Assembly: GCA_965249575.1 (NCBI GenBank)
Contig: OZ252244.1
Span: forward strand, 3,160,702-3,224,701
Direction: 5' to 3'
From: Gemmatimonadales bacterium
GTDB lineage: Bacteria; Gemmatimonadota; Gemmatimonadetes; Gemmatimonadales; GWC2-71-9
Length of the DNA: 64,000 bases
Part shown: piece after piece, positions 61,623 through 64,000 of the stretch
Numbering within the stretch: the stretch's first letter is position 1
How the letters are laid out: each line of letters begins with the position of its first letter
Translations under genes and position numbers: made by a program
The notes under the pieces: model-generated
Told to the model about the DNA's origin: nothing
Databases searched by the model: none
What the model saw: only the letters and a program-made list of their open reading frames with translations

Positions 61623-64000
61623 ATGGCGAAAACGAAACCCACGGGCGAAATGCCCTTCTTGGATCACCTCGAAGAGCTCCGATGGAGAATCTTGTGGAGC
61701 CTGCTGGCGCTCATCGCGGGCTCGGCCATTGGCTTCTATCTTGTGCGGAATCACGATGTCATCGAGCTGCTGAAGCAACCGATCGTCGACTTCCTCCCTG
61801 ACGGCAAGCTCTTCGTCGTCAGACCAACAGACGCCTTCTTTCTCACCCTGAAGCTGGCCATAGCCGTGGGGGCGGTGCTCGCCTCCCCCATCATCGCCTG
61901 GCAGCTGTGGGTCTTTTTGTCGCCTGCGCTGTATGAGAAGGAGAAGCGCTACGTCGTGCCGCTCCTTGCGGGGGGCTTTGTGCTCTTCGTGGGCGGCGCG
62001 GTCATGGCGTATCTCTGGGTCCTGCCGGCCGCGCTCTGGTTTCTCTATGGATTCGGTTTCGGCGATCTCGAGTGGATTATCACCGCCGACCACTACTTTG
62101 GGTTCGCCATTCAAGTCATTCTCGGGTTCGGACTCGCCTTCCAACTGCCGCTGCTGATGATGCTCCTGGCACTGATCGGGCTGGTGACACCCGAGTTCCT
62201 GGGACGGAACCGGCGGTATGCGTTGCTCGTGGTAGCCGTTGGAGCCGCGCTGCTCACCCCGCCCGACGTCGTGTCCATGGCGATGATGATGGCGCCACTC
62301 GTCTTGTTGTACGAGATCGGGATCCTCCTGGCGAAGGGCGTGACGCGCCGGCGGAACCTTCCCTCGACCGGTGCGGTGCTCGTCCTCGTTGGAACCCTCG
62401 TGTTGGACGGAGGTGCCCTTCAGGCCCAACAGCGGGCTGGGGAGGGGCTGGCCCGGGATACCGTCCAAGGAGTGGGCGTGGGAGCCGGTGCGGACAGCCT
62501 GGAACCCCGGAGGAGCGGCGAACCCATCGACTCTGCTGCCGCCGGCCGGCTCGGCCTCCCCACGGGCCCGTCCCGGACGCTGCCCACCGCCGACTCGGTG
62601 ATGCGAGGACTCGTCGATCTACCGGGTTTCCGCGCCACGCGGTTCGCCGCCGACAGCCTCACCTTTCATGCCAAGACCCAAAGAATCGATCTTGCCGGAT
62701 CGGCCCTCGTCGAGCGAGAGGGCAGCATGCTCGAAGCGGCCACCGTGAGCTTTCTCCAGGCCGAATGCCGGATCGACGCGGCGGGAGAGCCAAGGCTCTT
62801 CGATGGGGGGACCGTGCTGATCGGTGAAGGCATGCAGTACGACACCTGTGAACGCCGCGGTATCGTGGCGAGAGCACTAACCAAGTTCGATCAGTCTGGT
62901 GTGGAGTGGTTTCTCAGGGGACACTTGGCGATCGACTCGGCCTCGAGCCGTATCTACGCGCGGCGCAGCTCGATCACGAGCAGCGATCTCCCGCTCCCCG
63001 ATTACCACTTTGCGGCCGGCCGAATCAAATGGGTGTCCAATACGGTCCTGGTCGCACGCCCCGCGGTCCTCTATGTGCGAGATGTTCCGATTCTGTGGCT
63101 GCCGTTCATTTTCCAAGATATGCGGCGCGGCCGGCGTTCGGGGATGCTCATCCCGCGCTTCGGGATCAACGACCTCGTTCGGCCGAATGCAGGCTATCAG
63201 CGGCACATTTCCAATATCGGCTACTATTTCGCGCTCAACGACTACGTCGACCTCCAGGCGTCGCTGGACTGGTTCTCCGGTGGATACGTGTCGCTTAACG
63301 GGCAACTGCGCTATCGATGGCTCGATCGCTTCATCTCAGGCGGGGTGTCGTTCTCCAGGATCTACGAGTCGGCGGTCGATGAAGCCCCGGGCAGCCGGTC
63401 TCTACGGCTTCAGCTCAGCCACCAGCAGTCATTCAACTCCCGGACCCGGATCAATGCCAGTATCGACTACGCCACCAGTGCGCGGGTCGTCGAGCGAAAC
63501 ACGGTGGATCCCTTTCTGGCGACGGCGAACCTCCGCAGCTCCGCGAACTTCAGCAAACAATTCGATTGGGGGTCCCTCTCGGTCGGCGGGAGTCGAACAC
63601 AGGATCTGACGAACGATTTGGTTACGCGGGCGTTTCCCAACGTCAATTTAACCCCGGTCCCCATCAATCTCTCTGAGGCTGTGACGTGGTCGCCCACCTT
63701 CAGCTTCGCGACGAACAAGACGTCCCACCAAGCAAGCGGCGTCATCGATCTCCCCCCGGTCGGTGGGGTACCGCAGCAGGACTCGCTGTTCTCGAGCAAC
63801 ACGAACACGACGATGCGACTGTCAACGCCGCTGCGAGTGGGACGGTGGAATTGGCCGAACGACTTCAACGTCACGCATATGGTGAACGATCGGCGGAGTA
63901 CCCTGACCGTCGAGGACCCGATGGACTCCACACTCTCGTCCGTTCGGTTCTACGGGGAAGACTTCTCGACCGCCGTCGACTGGAACACCTCGATCGGCCT
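61623..64000 (+). CDS. TatC-LptD-like fusion protein, 3' end beyond the window (absent from ORF track)
   Basis: Hand translation shows 792 codons with no stop. Residues 1-~240 are TatC (MPFLDHLEELRWR, FLSPALYEKE, FQLP, TPPD, LYEIGI). A signal-like linker follows, then an LptD-like region (ITSSDLPLPDYHF, ARPAVLYVRDVPILWLPF, RRSGMLIPRFG, NIGYYFALNDYVD). Confidence 0.85.
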   Translation, partial: MAKTKPTGEMPFLDHLEELRWRILWSLLALIAGSAIGFYLVRNHDVIELLKQPIVDFLPDGKLFVVRPTDAFFLTLKLAIAVGAVLASPIIAWQLWVFLSPALYEKEKRYVVPLLAGGFVLFVGGAVMAYLWVLPAALWFLYGFGFGDLEWIITADHYFGFAIQVILGFGLAFQLPLLMMLLALIGLVTPEFLGRNRRYALLVVAVGAALLTPPDVVSMAMMMAPLVLLYEIGILLAKGVTRRRNLPSTGAVLVLVGTLVLDGGALQAQQRAGEGLARDTVQGVGVGAGADSLEPRRSGEPIDSAAAGRLGLPTGPSRTLPTADSVMRGLVDLPGFRATRFAADSLTFHAKTQRIDLAGSALVEREGSMLEAATVSFLQAECRIDAAGEPRLFDGGTVLIGEGMQYDTCERRGIVARALTKFDQSGVEWFLRGHLAIDSASSRIYARRSSITSSDLPLPDYHFAAGRIKWVSNTVLVARPAVLYVRDVPILWLPFIFQDMRRGRRSGMLIPRFGINDLVRPNAGYQRHISNIGYYFALNDYVDLQASLDWFSGGYVSLNGQLRYRWLDRFISGGVSFSRIYESAVDEAPGSRSLRLQLSHQQSFNSRTRINASIDYATSARVVERNTVDPFLATANLRSSANFSKQFDWGSLSVGGSRTQDLTNDLVTRAFPNVNLTPVPINLSEAVTWSPTFSFATNKTSHQASGVIDLPPVGGVPQQDSLFSSNTNTTMRLSTPLRVGRWNWPNDFNVTHMVNDRRSTLTVEDPMDSTLSSVRFYGEDFSTAVDWNTSIG

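Overview
GC-rich bacterial chromosomal segment, mostly + strand housekeeping genes with tight ATGA/GTGA overlaps. The lineage is probably Gemmatimonadota or a related FCB-group diderm; this is inferred from gene order and protein style and was not verified. In order it holds: a 2-oxoacid dehydrogenase E1a/E1b/E2 cluster, trxB, a ~4.2 kb more AT-rich island, fumC/aspA-family lyase, Rrf2-cysteine synthase-MoeZ, tRNA-Leu(CAG), smpB, amidase, pyrD/pyrF, a stand-alone rpmJ-rpsM-rpsK-rpsD-rpoA-rplQ operon, rpmB, a nucleotide-sugar cluster interrupted by carB and murB, bamD, nadD, secA, radC, rel, uvrB, tsaE/tsaB/rimI, ssb, LysM, ccsA/hemX-hemA and tol-pal. Most notable: (1) an ORF absent from the supplied track (61623 to window end) fuses an intact TatC to an LptD-like protein through an internal signal-peptide-like linker, possibly a cleaved polyprotein; (2) an IS200/Y1 HUH-transposase-like protein with all catalytic residues replaced sits antisense inside the dehydrogenase cluster; (3) the island is bracketed by two nested pairs of decayed direct repeats and carries a Fuseless-like membrane microprotein; (4) exported proteins are rich in the Bacteroidota O-glycosylation sequon D-(S/T)-(A/I/L/V/M/T); (5) SecA has a four-Cys insert. 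All calls come from motif recognition by eye; no database searches were run.
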